Origin: Alphaproteobacteria bacterium
Lineage (GTDB): Bacteria > Pseudomonadota > Alphaproteobacteria > UBA828
Assembly (NCBI GenBank): GCA_009691045.1
Contig: SHWC01000007.1
Span: 832 to 64,831 of the forward strand
Reading direction: 5' to 3'
Length of the DNA: 64,000 bases
Shown: in pieces, positions 49,679 to 59,294 of the stretch
Numbering within the stretch: position 1 is the stretch's first letter
How the letters are laid out: every line of letters starts with the position of its first letter
The notes under the pieces: model-generated
Databases searched by the model: none
What the model was told of the DNA's origin: nothing
What the model saw: only the letters and a program-made list of their open reading frames with translations
Translations under genes and position numbers: made by a program

Positions 49679-50922
49679 GCGAAGCCAAACGCGCGCTATT
49701 GCGCCGATTGTTCAACGCGGCTGTCGCGGCCGCCGCGCCCGAACGCTGCATGCCCGCTTGTTTGCCCGCACCACCCAAAGGCCGCACCATCGTCGTCGGC
49801 GCGGGCAAGGGCGCGGCGGCAATGGCGCGCGCGGTTGAAGATCATTGGAGAGGACCGCTCGAAGGCCTTGTCGTTACGCGCTATGGCCATGGCGTGCCGA
49901 CCTCACGCATCGAGGTGGTCGAGGCCGCGCACCCGGTGCCCGATGCCGCCGGCTGCGCGGCAGCCCAACGCGTTCTCGATTCCGTGCGCGGCCTGAGCGA
50001 CGACGATCTCGTGCTTTGTCTGATATCGGGTGGTGGCTCTGCTTTACTCGCGCTACCGATCGAGGGCGTGACGCTGGATGACAAGCGCGCGGTGACGGGG
50101 GCGCTGCTTCGCTCAGGCGCGACCATTCATGAAATCAACGCGGTGCGAAAACATCTCTCGGCGATCAAAGGTGGACGGCTCGCCGCCGCGGCCTACCCCG
50201 CGCGCGTGATGACCGTCGTCATTTCCGATGTGCCGGGCGATGATCTGTCGGTGATCGCCTCGGGCCCAACCGTGCCCGACCCCTCGACCTTTGCGGACGC
50301 GCGCGCTGTGCTGGCCAAATATCGGATTACACCGCCCCCAAGCGTGGCCCAGCATCTCATGGCCGCGCGTGAGGAAAGCCCGAAGCCGGGCGACCCACGC
50401 CTCGCGCGCGCCGAAGCGCGGCTTGCGGCAACACCCGCCGGCGCACTCAAGGCGGCGGCGGCGGCGGCACGCGACGCCGGCTATGAGCCGGTTATTCTCG
50501 GCGATGCGATTGAGGGGGAGGCCCGCTTGGTCGCGGCCGACCAAGCCGCGCGCGCGCTCAAGGTCGCGCCGGGCACCGCGCTGATTTCGGGCGGTGAGAC
50601 CACGGTCACGGTCAAAGGCAAGGGCCGAGGGGGCCGAAACGCCGAGTTCGCGCTCGGCCTTGCCCTTGCGCTCAATGGCCGCGCCGGTATTCATGCCATT
50701 GCCTGCGATACCGACGGCATTGACGGTACGGAGGACAATGCTGGCGCGCTGGTGACGCCCGACACGCTTAAGCGGGCCGCTGGCCTCGGTCTCGATGCCG
50801 CCGCCAACCTCGCCGAAAACGACGCCTATGGCTTCTTCGCGGCGCTCGGCGATTTGGTCGTTACAGGCCCGACACGCACAAACGTTAACGATTTTCGCGC
50901 CATTCTGATTGATGCTGATTAG
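49675..50922 (+). CDS. ttuD: glycerate 2-kinase (MOFRL/TtuD family)
   Basis: VGAGKG, EAAHPVPD, ISGGGSAL, SDVPGDD, GGETTV, GGRNAE, TGPTRTNVND. Confidence 0.9.
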   Translation: MSEAKRALLRRLFNAAVAAAAPERCMPACLPAPPKGRTIVVGAGKGAAAMARAVEDHWRGPLEGLVVTRYGHGVPTSRIEVVEAAHPVPDAAGCAAAQRVLDSVRGLSDDDLVLCLISGGGSALLALPIEGVTLDDKRAVTGALLRSGATIHEINAVRKHLSAIKGGRLAAAAYPARVMTVVISDVPGDDLSVIASGPTVPDPSTFADARAVLAKYRITPPPSVAQHLMAAREESPKPGDPRLARAEARLAATPAGALKAAAAAARDAGYEPVILGDAIEGEARLVAADQAARALKVAPGTALISGGETTVTVKGKGRGGRNAEFALGLALALNGRAGIHAIACDTDGIDGTEDNAGALVTPDTLKRAAGLGLDAAANLAENDAYGFFAALGDLVVTGPTRTNVNDFRAILIDAD

Positions 50923-50967
50923 GATTCACCCGAGTCGCTCCACGATCCGAAGGTTGCCCCACCCGCC

Positions 50968-52386
50968 ATGATGCGCCACCGCAAAGCCAAAATTGTCGCC
51001 ACCCTCGGGCCGGCAAGCTCCGACGCCGCGATGATCCGCACGTTGTTCGAGGCTGGCGTTGACGTGTTCCGCCTCAATTTCAGCCATGGGGCCCACGATG
51101 AGCACAAGGCTCGGCTCGACGCCATTCGCGCGGTCGAGGCCGAAGTCGGCCGGCCGATCGCGATTCTGGCTGATCTACAGGGGCCGAAAATTCGGGTCGG
51201 CGCGTTTCAATCGGGCAAGGCGACCCTCAATCCGGGCGCACGGTTCCGCCTCGACCTCGACCCGGCACCAGGCGATGCAACGCGCGCACTTCTGCCGCAC
51301 CCTGAGATTTTTGCCGCGCTCAAACCGGAGACCGACATTCTGCTCGACGATGGTCGCATTCGGCTCAAGGTTGAGACCATCGGCGCCGACTTCGTGGAAA
51401 CAATCGTGGTGGTTGGCGGTGAGATTTCGGATCGCAAGGGTGTCAATCTGCCGCGCCTCGCGCTGCCAGTATCGCCGCTGACCGAAAAGGATCGGCGCGA
51501 TCTTTATTTCGCGCTCGAACTTGGTGTCGATTGGATCGCGCTTTCATTTGTCCAGCGCCCCGAAGACGTGGCCGAAGCGAAAAAATTGATTCAAGGCCGC
51601 GCCAGCGTCATGACCAAACTCGAAAAGCCGGCGGCCCTCGCCCAACTCGATGAAATCATCCAACTATCGGATGCGCTGATGGTGGCGCGCGGCGATCTCG
51701 GCGTCGAGCTTGACCCCGAAGACGTGCCGATCGAACAAAAACGCATCGTGCGCGATTGTCGACGCGCCGGTAAACCGGTGGTGGTCGCGACGCAGATGCT
51801 CGAATCGATGATCCGCGCGCCGGCGCCGACCCGGGCCGAAGCATCGGATGTCGCGACCGCCGTCTATGATGGGGCGGACGCGCTGATGCTTTCCGCCGAG
51901 ACGGCCTCAGGCTCCTACCCGCGCGAAGCCGTCACGATGATGAACCGCATTATTGAGCGCGTTGAGCGCGATGCCGATTATCGCCGCCAGCTCGAGAGCC
52001 AACACGCGGACCCCGAAGCGACCGCGGCGGATGCCATCACCGCCGCTGCCTCGCAAGTTGCCGATACCATCAGGGCGGCCTGTATCGTGACCTACACGAG
52101 TTCAGGGTCTACCGCCTTGCGGGCCGCCCGCGAGCGGCCCTCTGTGCCGGTCCTCGCTTTAACGCCGTCTCGCGCCACCGCTCGCCGCCTCGCCCTGACT
52201 TGGGGCGTTCATTGCGTTGAAACCGAAGATGCGCGGAGCTTTACCGAGATGGTGGAAAAAGCCGCCAAGGTGGCCCGTGAACAAGAAATCGCGAAGCCGG
52301 GTGAACGGATCGTGGTGACCGCCGGCGTGCCGTTTGGCACACCGGGCGCAACCAATATCCTGCGCATCGCGTGGGTCGGTGGCTGA
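50968..52386 (+). CDS. pyk: pyruvate kinase
   Basis: KIVATLGPAS, RLNFSHG, DLQGPKIR, MVARGDLGVE, ATQMLESM. Confidence 0.97.
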   Translation: MMRHRKAKIVATLGPASSDAAMIRTLFEAGVDVFRLNFSHGAHDEHKARLDAIRAVEAEVGRPIAILADLQGPKIRVGAFQSGKATLNPGARFRLDLDPAPGDATRALLPHPEIFAALKPETDILLDDGRIRLKVETIGADFVETIVVVGGEISDRKGVNLPRLALPVSPLTEKDRRDLYFALELGVDWIALSFVQRPEDVAEAKKLIQGRASVMTKLEKPAALAQLDEIIQLSDALMVARGDLGVELDPEDVPIEQKRIVRDCRRAGKPVVVATQMLESMIRAPAPTRAEASDVATAVYDGADALMLSAETASGSYPREAVTMMNRIIERVERDADYRRQLESQHADPEATAADAITAAASQVADTIRAACIVTYTSSGSTALRAARERPSVPVLALTPSRATARRLALTWGVHCVETEDARSFTEMVEKAAKVAREQEIAKPGERIVVTAGVPFGTPGATNILRIAWVGG

Positions 52387-52392
52387 GCGGTC

Positions 52393-52947
52393 TTATATTT
52401 CCTGCGATTTCAACTTGGCCTTGAGGCGCTGAATGATCGCCGGCACGTTTTGCAGGTGTGGATGCACCGCGAGCGCCTTCTCGAACGCGTCGAGCGCCTT
52501 GGCTTCGTTGTCAATCTGGCTATAGATCAGGCCGAGGCCGAATAACGCGCCGAAATGGCGCGGTTCAAGCGTAAACGTCTTCTCACAATCGGCGATCGAC
52601 TTATCATATTCGCCCATCATGAAATAAAGTGTCGCGCGCTTGTTCCACCCTTCGGCAAATTCCGGTCGGGCCGCGATGACCGAATTGAAATGACTGAGCG
52701 CGGCACCAAACGAGTGCATTTGCATATAGATCGACCCTTGCGTGAGGAGCTTGTCGATCTCCTCGTCGCCCGATTCCATCCATATGCCCCAGATCGCCTG
52801 CTCGGCATTGCCGACCTCGCTTAGATCGCCAGTGCTTTTGAGTGTCTCGAATAGCGGTTCAAGACGTGGGTCGCGCTGATCGGCGTGAAGCGGCGCCGCC
52901 AATACCAAGGCAGCGACAAAAACAAGAAGCGGGAGGACGTAGCCCAT
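52393..52947 (-). CDS. exported tetratricopeptide repeat protein
   Basis: signal peptide ..LHA-DQ, PEFAEGWNKRAT, EPRHFGAL. Confidence 0.85.
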   Translation of the reverse strand: MGYVLPLLVFVAALVLAAPLHADQRDPRLEPLFETLKSTGDLSEVGNAEQAIWGIWMESGDEEIDKLLTQGSIYMQMHSFGAALSHFNSVIAARPEFAEGWNKRATLYFMMGEYDKSIADCEKTFTLEPRHFGALFGLGLIYSQIDNEAKALDAFEKALAVHPHLQNVPAIIQRLKAKLKSQEI

Positions 52948-52998
52948 ATCAAATACTAGACCAAATTGCCGCGTCGGGCGACAGCCTGGACGCGGATT

Positions 52999-54300
52999 TC
53001 AATGCGACGCGTCGTGCTTCAAGGCGGCCGGGCGCAAGCCGCCGGTCGCCCAATCCAAGAGCTCGACCGTATGGAGAATAGGCAAGGCCGTGCCAGCCCG
53101 GATTTGTAAGATACACCCAATATTGCCGGTGGCGACTGCAACAGCCCCGGTTCGCTCGATATTGGCGACCTTGCGGTCTCGCAGTTGAGCGGAAAGCTTC
53201 GGTTGCAGAAGGTTATAGGTGCCGGCTGAGCCACAGCAAAGATGACCATCGGGAACGTCTTCAACGCGAAAGCCTACACTCTGAAGCAACCGCTTCGGCG
53301 CGTCCGTAATCTTCTGGCCATGCTGCAGGGAACACGCCGCGTGATAGGCGAGCCGAAGCCCGCCCACATCGCGCTCGGGCCGCAATGAAAGATCGGCAAG
53401 AACTTCGCTCACATCGCGCGCGAGACCAGCGATGGTGGCGGCGCTTTCGGCCAATTCCGAATCATGGCGTAACAAGAAGCCATAATCCTTGAGCGTGGTA
53501 CCGCAACCCGACGCATTGGCGATGACGGCGTCGAGCCCGCGCGCGCGTTGTTCTGCCATCAGGGCGTGAACATTGCGCCGCGCATGGACCAAAGCCGCCT
53601 CTTCCTGGCCCAAATGGTGCGGGAGAGCACCACAACAGCCGAGGTCCTTCACGATGACAATTTCGCAGCCATGGCGCGTTAGAAGGCGCGTTGTCGCCTC
53701 ATTGATTTCGGGCGAAATCACGCGCTGCACGCAACCCGTCAACAACGCGACGCGTTTCACGCGCCGGCCTTTGGCCGGAATCACTTGCGGGTGGTCGAGT
53801 GCGGTTGGCGGTGCGGGCGCGGCGAGGAGCTTGGCCATGGAGCCCAAAGGCCCGGGGATCAATCGCGCGATCGGCGCAAAGGGTTGTGCCATGAGCAAGG
53901 CAAGACGAAACATGGTTGGCCGGGGCAGCAGCCAGCCCAAGGCGGCACGCACGAGGCGATCCCACAGCGGCCGACGATGCGTATGCTCGATGCGAGCCCG
54001 GGCGCCGTCGATCAAATGCATATAGTCGACGCCCGAGGGACAGGCCGTGGTGCACGAAAGGCAGGACAAGCAGCGATCGAGATGATGAGTGATCGCGTCA
54101 TCGGCCGGTCGGCCGGATTCCAACATGTCCTTGATCAAATAGATTCGGCCGCGTGGACTGTCGCGCTCATCGCCAAGCAAATTGTATGTCGGACAGGCCG
54201 GAAGGCAGAAACCGCAATGCACGCAGGTGCGCAGGATCCCTTCCGCGATTTTTAGGTCAGGGTCGGCAGCGAGCTTGGCGGGATCGAAATGGGTCTGCAT
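52999..54300 (-). CDS. glcF: glycolate oxidase iron-sulfur subunit
   Basis: CVHCGFCLPACP, CLSCLSCTTACP, two CCG domains. Confidence 0.95.
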   Translation of the reverse strand: MQTHFDPAKLAADPDLKIAEGILRTCVHCGFCLPACPTYNLLGDERDSPRGRIYLIKDMLESGRPADDAITHHLDRCLSCLSCTTACPSGVDYMHLIDGARARIEHTHRRPLWDRLVRAALGWLLPRPTMFRLALLMAQPFAPIARLIPGPLGSMAKLLAAPAPPTALDHPQVIPAKGRRVKRVALLTGCVQRVISPEINEATTRLLTRHGCEIVIVKDLGCCGALPHHLGQEEAALVHARRNVHALMAEQRARGLDAVIANASGCGTTLKDYGFLLRHDSELAESAATIAGLARDVSEVLADLSLRPERDVGGLRLAYHAACSLQHGQKITDAPKRLLQSVGFRVEDVPDGHLCCGSAGTYNLLQPKLSAQLRDRKVANIERTGAVAVATGNIGCILQIRAGTALPILHTVELLDWATGGLRPAALKHDASH

Positions 54301-54306
54301 GGCGCG

Positions 54307-55524
54307 CTATACGCCCTCATACATACGGCCGCGATTCAAGATCGCACGCGGATCGAAGCTTAGTTTGAGCCGGCGGCTCAGGGCATCGAGCGCGGGTTCC
54401 GGCGGCTCAAAGACCGCGACGCGAGCTCGCGCGTCGTCGTTTGCGCGAAACAAGGTCGCGTGCCCACCGAGCCCAGAAAGCGCGCCGCGTACGGCCGCCG
54501 CACGAGCATCAACTTCCTTGGGCACCATCAGCCAAATCAGGCCGCCGCCCCAATCATGATAAAGCTGCGCGTCCGGTATTTCCCGCTTGAGGCGCTTATG
54601 CGCTTCCGCGCCGGCCGCGGGCGGCACGGAGATGCGCCACAACGGATCGGTTGAACTTGAAAACGGCGAGACGTCTCGTATCGCGGCCCAGAAACGGTGC
54701 GCAGCCTCACCGTCGATCGCGCTTACCTCACCCTGTTTGCCAAGCAGATCACGCAAGGCGACGGCGCGTGCTTTGACCGAAGGGGCGACGCCTTCGATTC
54801 GAATCGCCGTGCAAGACGATGCCCCAAGAGGCGCAATCCGTGTCGCGACGTCGGCGGGCAAAAAGGCGGCCGCCGACACTTCATAGGGGCTCGCCAAAGC
54901 AGAACCAAGAGCCGCCATCGCAGAGTCGGGCGCGAGACCGGCGAGGCACAGGGTCGTTGTGGCTTCGGGCGCCGGAAGCACCTTGATGGTGACCTCGGTC
55001 ATCGCCACCAGCGTGCCATAGGACCCGGCGATGATTTTGCACAGATCGTAACCGGTCACGTTCTTGACCACTTTGCCGCCCGCCTTGAACGCCTCGCCAC
55101 GCCCGTTCACGGCACGAAAGCCGAGGAAATGATCGCGCGCGGCGCCCGCCTTCAAGCGACGTGGCCCGGCGAGATTGCAAGCGAGCGCCCCACCGAGCGT
55201 GCCATGCCCAACGCCCGCACCATAAAGCGGACCAAAATCAGGTGGCTCGAACGCCAGCATTTGCCTAGCCGCGCCGACCGCGGCCTCGACCTCGGCAAGC
55301 GGCGTACTAGGGCGCGCGGTCAGCACCAATTCCTCCGGCGCATAATCGACAATGCCCGTCAGGCGCGAGAGATCGACCACGGCAGCGGCCGCAACAGGCC
55401 GGCCAAGACCACGCTTGGTACCTTTACCGATAAGCTCCAGCGGACGGCTTGACGCGGCCGCCTCGGTGACCAGTGCGGCGAGTTCGTCCTCATCCGCCGG
55501 ATAGAGCACATTGTCGTGAGCCAC
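54307..55524 (-). CDS. glcE: glycolate oxidase FAD-binding subunit
   Basis: YAPEELV, LAFEPP, AGPRR, GGKVVKNVTGYD, FDPRAILNRGR; GTG start inferred. Confidence 0.93.
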   Translation of the reverse strand: MAHDNVLYPADEDELAALVTEAAASSRPLELIGKGTKRGLGRPVAAAAVVDLSRLTGIVDYAPEELVLTARPSTPLAEVEAAVGAARQMLAFEPPDFGPLYGAGVGHGTLGGALACNLAGPRRLKAGAARDHFLGFRAVNGRGEAFKAGGKVVKNVTGYDLCKIIAGSYGTLVAMTEVTIKVLPAPEATTTLCLAGLAPDSAMAALGSALASPYEVSAAAFLPADVATRIAPLGASSCTAIRIEGVAPSVKARAVALRDLLGKQGEVSAIDGEAAHRFWAAIRDVSPFSSSTDPLWRISVPPAAGAEAHKRLKREIPDAQLYHDWGGGLIWLMVPKEVDARAAAVRGALSGLGGHATLFRANDDARARVAVFEPPEPALDALSRRLKLSFDPRAILNRGRMYEGV

Positions 55525-55540
55525 GATGCGCGCGTCCTGC

Positions 55541-57028
55541 TCAGAATCTCGGCAGATCGGGGAACGGGACCTGGCCGCGATGCACATGCATCTGGCCAAG
55601 CTCGGCGCAGCGTCGCAGCGTCGGGAATACTTTGCCCGGGTTCAACAAACCATCGGGGTCGAACGCACATTTCACGCGCATCTGTTGATCGAGGTCGGTC
55701 TGATCGAACATGGTCGACATCAGATCGCGCTTCTCGACGCCGACACCATGTTCGCCGGTCAAAACACCACCGACTTCGACACAAAGCTTTAGGATCTCCG
55801 CGCCGAGCGCTTCGGTCTGCGCAAGCTCGCCCGGCTTGTTGGCGTCATACATGATCAGCGGGTGCAGATTGCCATCGCCGGCGTGAAACACATTGGCTAC
55901 CTGCAGGCCAAAGCTGCGCGATAGCTCGCCGATGCGGCGCAGCACTTCGGGCAGGCGGCCGCGCGGAATCGTACCGTCCATCACATAATAATCGGGCGCG
56001 ATGCGGGCCGTAGCGGGGAACGCCGATTTACGCCCCAGCCAGAAGCGCAGGCGTTCCGCTTCGCTGGTGGAGATTCGGAGCGAGCTCGCCCCGCAACCCT
56101 CGGCAATGTCTTTGACGACGCCGACCAGATGATCGACCTCAGCCGGCGGCCCATCGAGTTCGCAAATCAACAAGGCCTCGACGTCCATCGGGTAGCCGGC
56201 ATGGCAAAACGCTTCTGTGGCGTGAATCGCCGGCCGATCCATCATCTCAAGCCCGGCCGGGATGATGCCACCGCCGATGATGCGCGCGACGCAAAGCCCG
56301 GCGGCCACGCTCGACGGAAAACCGATCAGAAGGGCCCGCGCGGTTTCAGGCTTTGGCACAATACGCACGGTCACTTCGGTAATGATGCCGAGAAGACCTT
56401 CCGAGCCCGTGATAAGGCCAAGCAGATCGTAGCCGGGCGCCTCGAAGGCCTTGCCGCCGAAACGCACCACCTCGCCGCCGATCAAGACCATCTCGACGCC
56501 GAGCAGATTGTTGGTGGTGAGGCCGTATTTCAGACAATGCACACCGCCGGAATTCTCAGCGACATTGCCGCCGATTGAACAGGCGACTTGGCTCGATGGA
56601 TCGGGCGCGTAATAGAAGCCGGACGCTGCAACGGCATGGCTCAGAGCCAGATTAGCGACGCCCGGTTGGGTCACGACACAACGATTGGCGTAATCGATTT
56701 CAAGAATGCGGTTGAGCCGGCTGACACCGACGGTAATGCCGTCAGCCAAAGGTAGCGCGCCGCCCGAAAGACCGGTGCCGGCACCGCGCGGCACGATCTT
56801 GGCGCCCCGCTCAGCGCAAACTTTGAGAACGGCCGAAACTTCGGCGGTTGACCGCGGCAGAACCACGGCGAGCGGCAATTGACGGTAGGCGCTCAGACCA
56901 TCGCACTCGAAGGCACGCAGCGAGGTCGCGTCGTCGATCACGGCATCGGCGCCGGCGACCGCCCGAAGTGCCGCGACGAGCGCGCGGCGCGTGGCGATGA
57001 TCCGACTATCGGGTTCGGGCATCTTCAC
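55541..57028 (-). CDS. glcD: glycolate oxidase subunit D
   Basis: PRGAGTGLSGG, APDPSSQ, ENSGGVHCLKYG, HAGDGNLHP, GEHGVG. Confidence 0.95.
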   Translation of the reverse strand: MKMPEPDSRIIATRRALVAALRAVAGADAVIDDATSLRAFECDGLSAYRQLPLAVVLPRSTAEVSAVLKVCAERGAKIVPRGAGTGLSGGALPLADGITVGVSRLNRILEIDYANRCVVTQPGVANLALSHAVAASGFYYAPDPSSQVACSIGGNVAENSGGVHCLKYGLTTNNLLGVEMVLIGGEVVRFGGKAFEAPGYDLLGLITGSEGLLGIITEVTVRIVPKPETARALLIGFPSSVAAGLCVARIIGGGIIPAGLEMMDRPAIHATEAFCHAGYPMDVEALLICELDGPPAEVDHLVGVVKDIAEGCGASSLRISTSEAERLRFWLGRKSAFPATARIAPDYYVMDGTIPRGRLPEVLRRIGELSRSFGLQVANVFHAGDGNLHPLIMYDANKPGELAQTEALGAEILKLCVEVGGVLTGEHGVGVEKRDLMSTMFDQTDLDQQMRVKCAFDPDGLLNPGKVFPTLRRCAELGQMHVHRGQVPFPDLPRF

Positions 57029-57128
57029 GGCACAAATCCCCCTCGCGCCCCTGGCGGGGCGTCATGAACGACGCGTCAGATCATGGTGGGGGTGGGGCCG
57101 GCGAACGTCAACTGACCGCGGCGGCGCC

Positions 57129-57400
57129 TAGAGCGTGATCCAGCCAGATTGAACCAGCTGCGCCGGAGGAATTTTACGCCGCAGGGAGAAGCAGGGCGAA
57201 GCGCGTAGCGGAACCTACGGGCGAGCCCTGAGACGATCACACGGCGCAAAAGGCCCCGGCCCGGCGGGTTGCGTCGTGTCGGGCGCCCGCGGCGTTGCGC
57301 CGCTTGACCGATGCCCCGGCATCGCTCGTCGCGACGCGCCTGGCGGATCGCCTCGACACGATGCAACGCAGATGATTCAATCTGGCTGGATCACGCTCTA
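57129..57400. mobile_element. MITE-like non-autonomous element, copy 2 (272 bp, inverted relative to copy 1)
   Basis: 34-bp TIRs with 2 mismatches (TAGAGCGTGATCCAGCCAGATTGAA...TTCAATCTGGCTGGATCACGCTCTA); core shared with 10691-10883 plus an extra module. Confidence 0.82.
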
Positions 57401-57523
57401 ACCCTGGCGGGCCTTGAAGCGCGGGGCTTTCTTGTTGATGACGTAGACGCGCCCCTTACGGCGGACGACCTGGCAGTTCTTGTGCCGGATCTTGGCGGAA
57501 CGCAGCGAGTTAACAACCTTCAT
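57398..57523 (-). CDS. rpmJ: 50S ribosomal protein L36, zinc-independent (C-minus/type B)
   Basis: hand translation [41 protein letters not shown] (41 aa, below ORF-track cutoff). Confidence 0.97.
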   Translation of the reverse strand: MKVVNSLRSAKIRHKNCQVVRRKGRVYVINKKAPRFKARQG

Positions 57524-57561
57524 AGCCGGACCGCTTGCGCTGGGGTTTCGCGTGGCGGCGC

Positions 57562-57590
57562 ACCATAGGGAGGTACCCCCTTCCTGTCAA
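57562..57590 (-). promoter_or_regulatory. sigma70 promoter of rpmJ
   Basis: minus strand TTGACA-N17-TATGGT. Confidence 0.65.
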
Positions 57591-57660
57591 CCTGCGGCCT
57601 GGGGTGGCGGCCGTCTGGGGCGTTGGCGTTTCCGCCGCCAATCGGCATAATCGCGCGGCC

Positions 57661-58230
57661 ATGACAGGAAACACCCCCTCGCCAGACGAAGATCAACACC
57701 CTTTGGCCGAACGGGCGATCGAACGAGTGATCTTTGCCAGCCGCTGGCTCATGGCACCGTTCTATCTCGGGCTGGTGGTTTCTCTTGCCCTTTTGATGAT
57801 CAAGTTTGTCCAGGAGTTGATCGAGGTTGTCCCGGAGGTGTTTCACCTCAAGGATACCGAGATCATCATGAGCGTGCTGAGCCTGATCGATCTTTCGCTC
57901 GCCGGCAATTTGCTCCTGATGGTGATTTTCGCGGGCTATGAGAACTTCGTCTCGAAGATCGACGTGGCGCGTCACAAAGATCGGCCAGAATGGATGGGCA
58001 CGGTCGATTTCAGCGGGCTCAAGCTCAAATTGATCGCGTCTATCGTGGCGATTTCAGGAATACATTTGCTGAAATCGTTCATGAACATCGCGGAGATGGA
58101 TAAAGATAACCTGATGTGGTTGGTCATCATTCATGCGACGTTCGTGGGGTCAGGCGTTTTGCTTGCATTGATGGATCGCCTGACGGGGCATTCGGGGCCC
58201 AGCAAGCAAAATAAAGATACGAATTCCTAG
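57661..58230 (+). CDS. UPF0114/TIGR00645 (YqhA-like) membrane protein
   Basis: SRWLMAPFYLGL, LSLIDLSL, GYENFVSKID, LKLKLIASIVAIS. Confidence 0.92.
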   Translation: MTGNTPSPDEDQHPLAERAIERVIFASRWLMAPFYLGLVVSLALLMIKFVQELIEVVPEVFHLKDTEIIMSVLSLIDLSLAGNLLLMVIFAGYENFVSKIDVARHKDRPEWMGTVDFSGLKLKLIASIVAISGIHLLKSFMNIAEMDKDNLMWLVIIHATFVGSGVLLALMDRLTGHSGPSKQNKDTNS

Positions 58231-59169
58231 CGCGCCGGTTTGCTCGACGGCTTCATGGCGTGAACCCTAAACACGCCAATTTCGCCCTCCTCCATTACGC
58301 GCAATCGGGCGAGCCATAGGGCAAGCTCATAGGTCAACGCCGCGCCAAGGCGCCGATCAAAATTCTTGTGCCGCAAGGTTTCAGCGAATTTGGCCCAGCC
58401 CATGGTCGCCAGATGGCGCATTTCGTTGCTGATATCCTCGACGATGCGCACGTCGAAGCCTGTGCTTTGTAGCGCTGTCTTAATTTCATCAGGCGTCGTG
58501 AGGTTTACGGGCCCAGGCTCGAGCTTGAGCCACTCTTGGAACGCTGGCGTGTCGCGCCGCGCGCCGATCGAAAAATAGTCCTTGAAAAGGAAATGACCGC
58601 CCAGACGCAGCGCGTCGAACACGGCCGTTTAGAGCGCGGGCTTGTCGGGAATCGTGTGCAAGGAATCGACGGAAACGATCGCGTTGCAGCTATTGCGCTT
58701 CAATGATGGCGCGGCCGGATCATAGGCTTGGATCGGTGCACGCTTGGCCAAGCCCGTGATCGTCGAAAGCTCCATGCCAGCTTCCGCCAACTCGGGATTG
58801 CTTTCATAACCGGTCACCCACGCGCCCGTGGCACTCGCCATCGCGCGGGATACCCCGCCAAGACTTGCGCCGAGATTGACGGCGCTCATCTTGCTGTCGA
58901 GCGCCAGGGGTGCGACGAAAGTCGCGACCCAAGCCGCATCTACTGGGCCATTGAAGCCAGCGCCCCAAACTCGTTCTTTGAGGATGAATCTCGGATCACT
59001 AAAAAGCGTCGCCTTCCGCGGGCTGTCGAGCGCGGGCTGTGGCGGCTGCGGTGTTGCCGTGGCGGTATTCGGCGGCGGCGGCGGCAACCCCTTCAGGCGG
59101 GTCGACACCGTTCCACCAGGCGAGCACGCGGCGCGCAATGGGGGTGACCTGTTGAAGTGCTAGCGCCAT
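58227..59169 (-). pseudogene. SAM-dependent methyltransferase-like gene with +1 frameshift (near 59088-59091) and in-frame TAA (58629-58631)
   Basis: likely N-terminus MALALQQVTPIARRVLAWWNG is one base out of frame with WGAGFNGP/NLGASLGG; DKPAL*TAVFDALRLGGHFLFKDY continues in frame. Confidence 0.65.
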
Positions 59170-59294
59170 CGACCGGGTCCGACCATGACATCTCTTCGGC
59201 GGGCCAAACCCTTTTGGCCGCCTGTGACATCTTTGTCGATAACCCGTTAACGGAGCTTAAATTCAGCCCCGTCTGATCGGTAGTTAGCGGGTCT

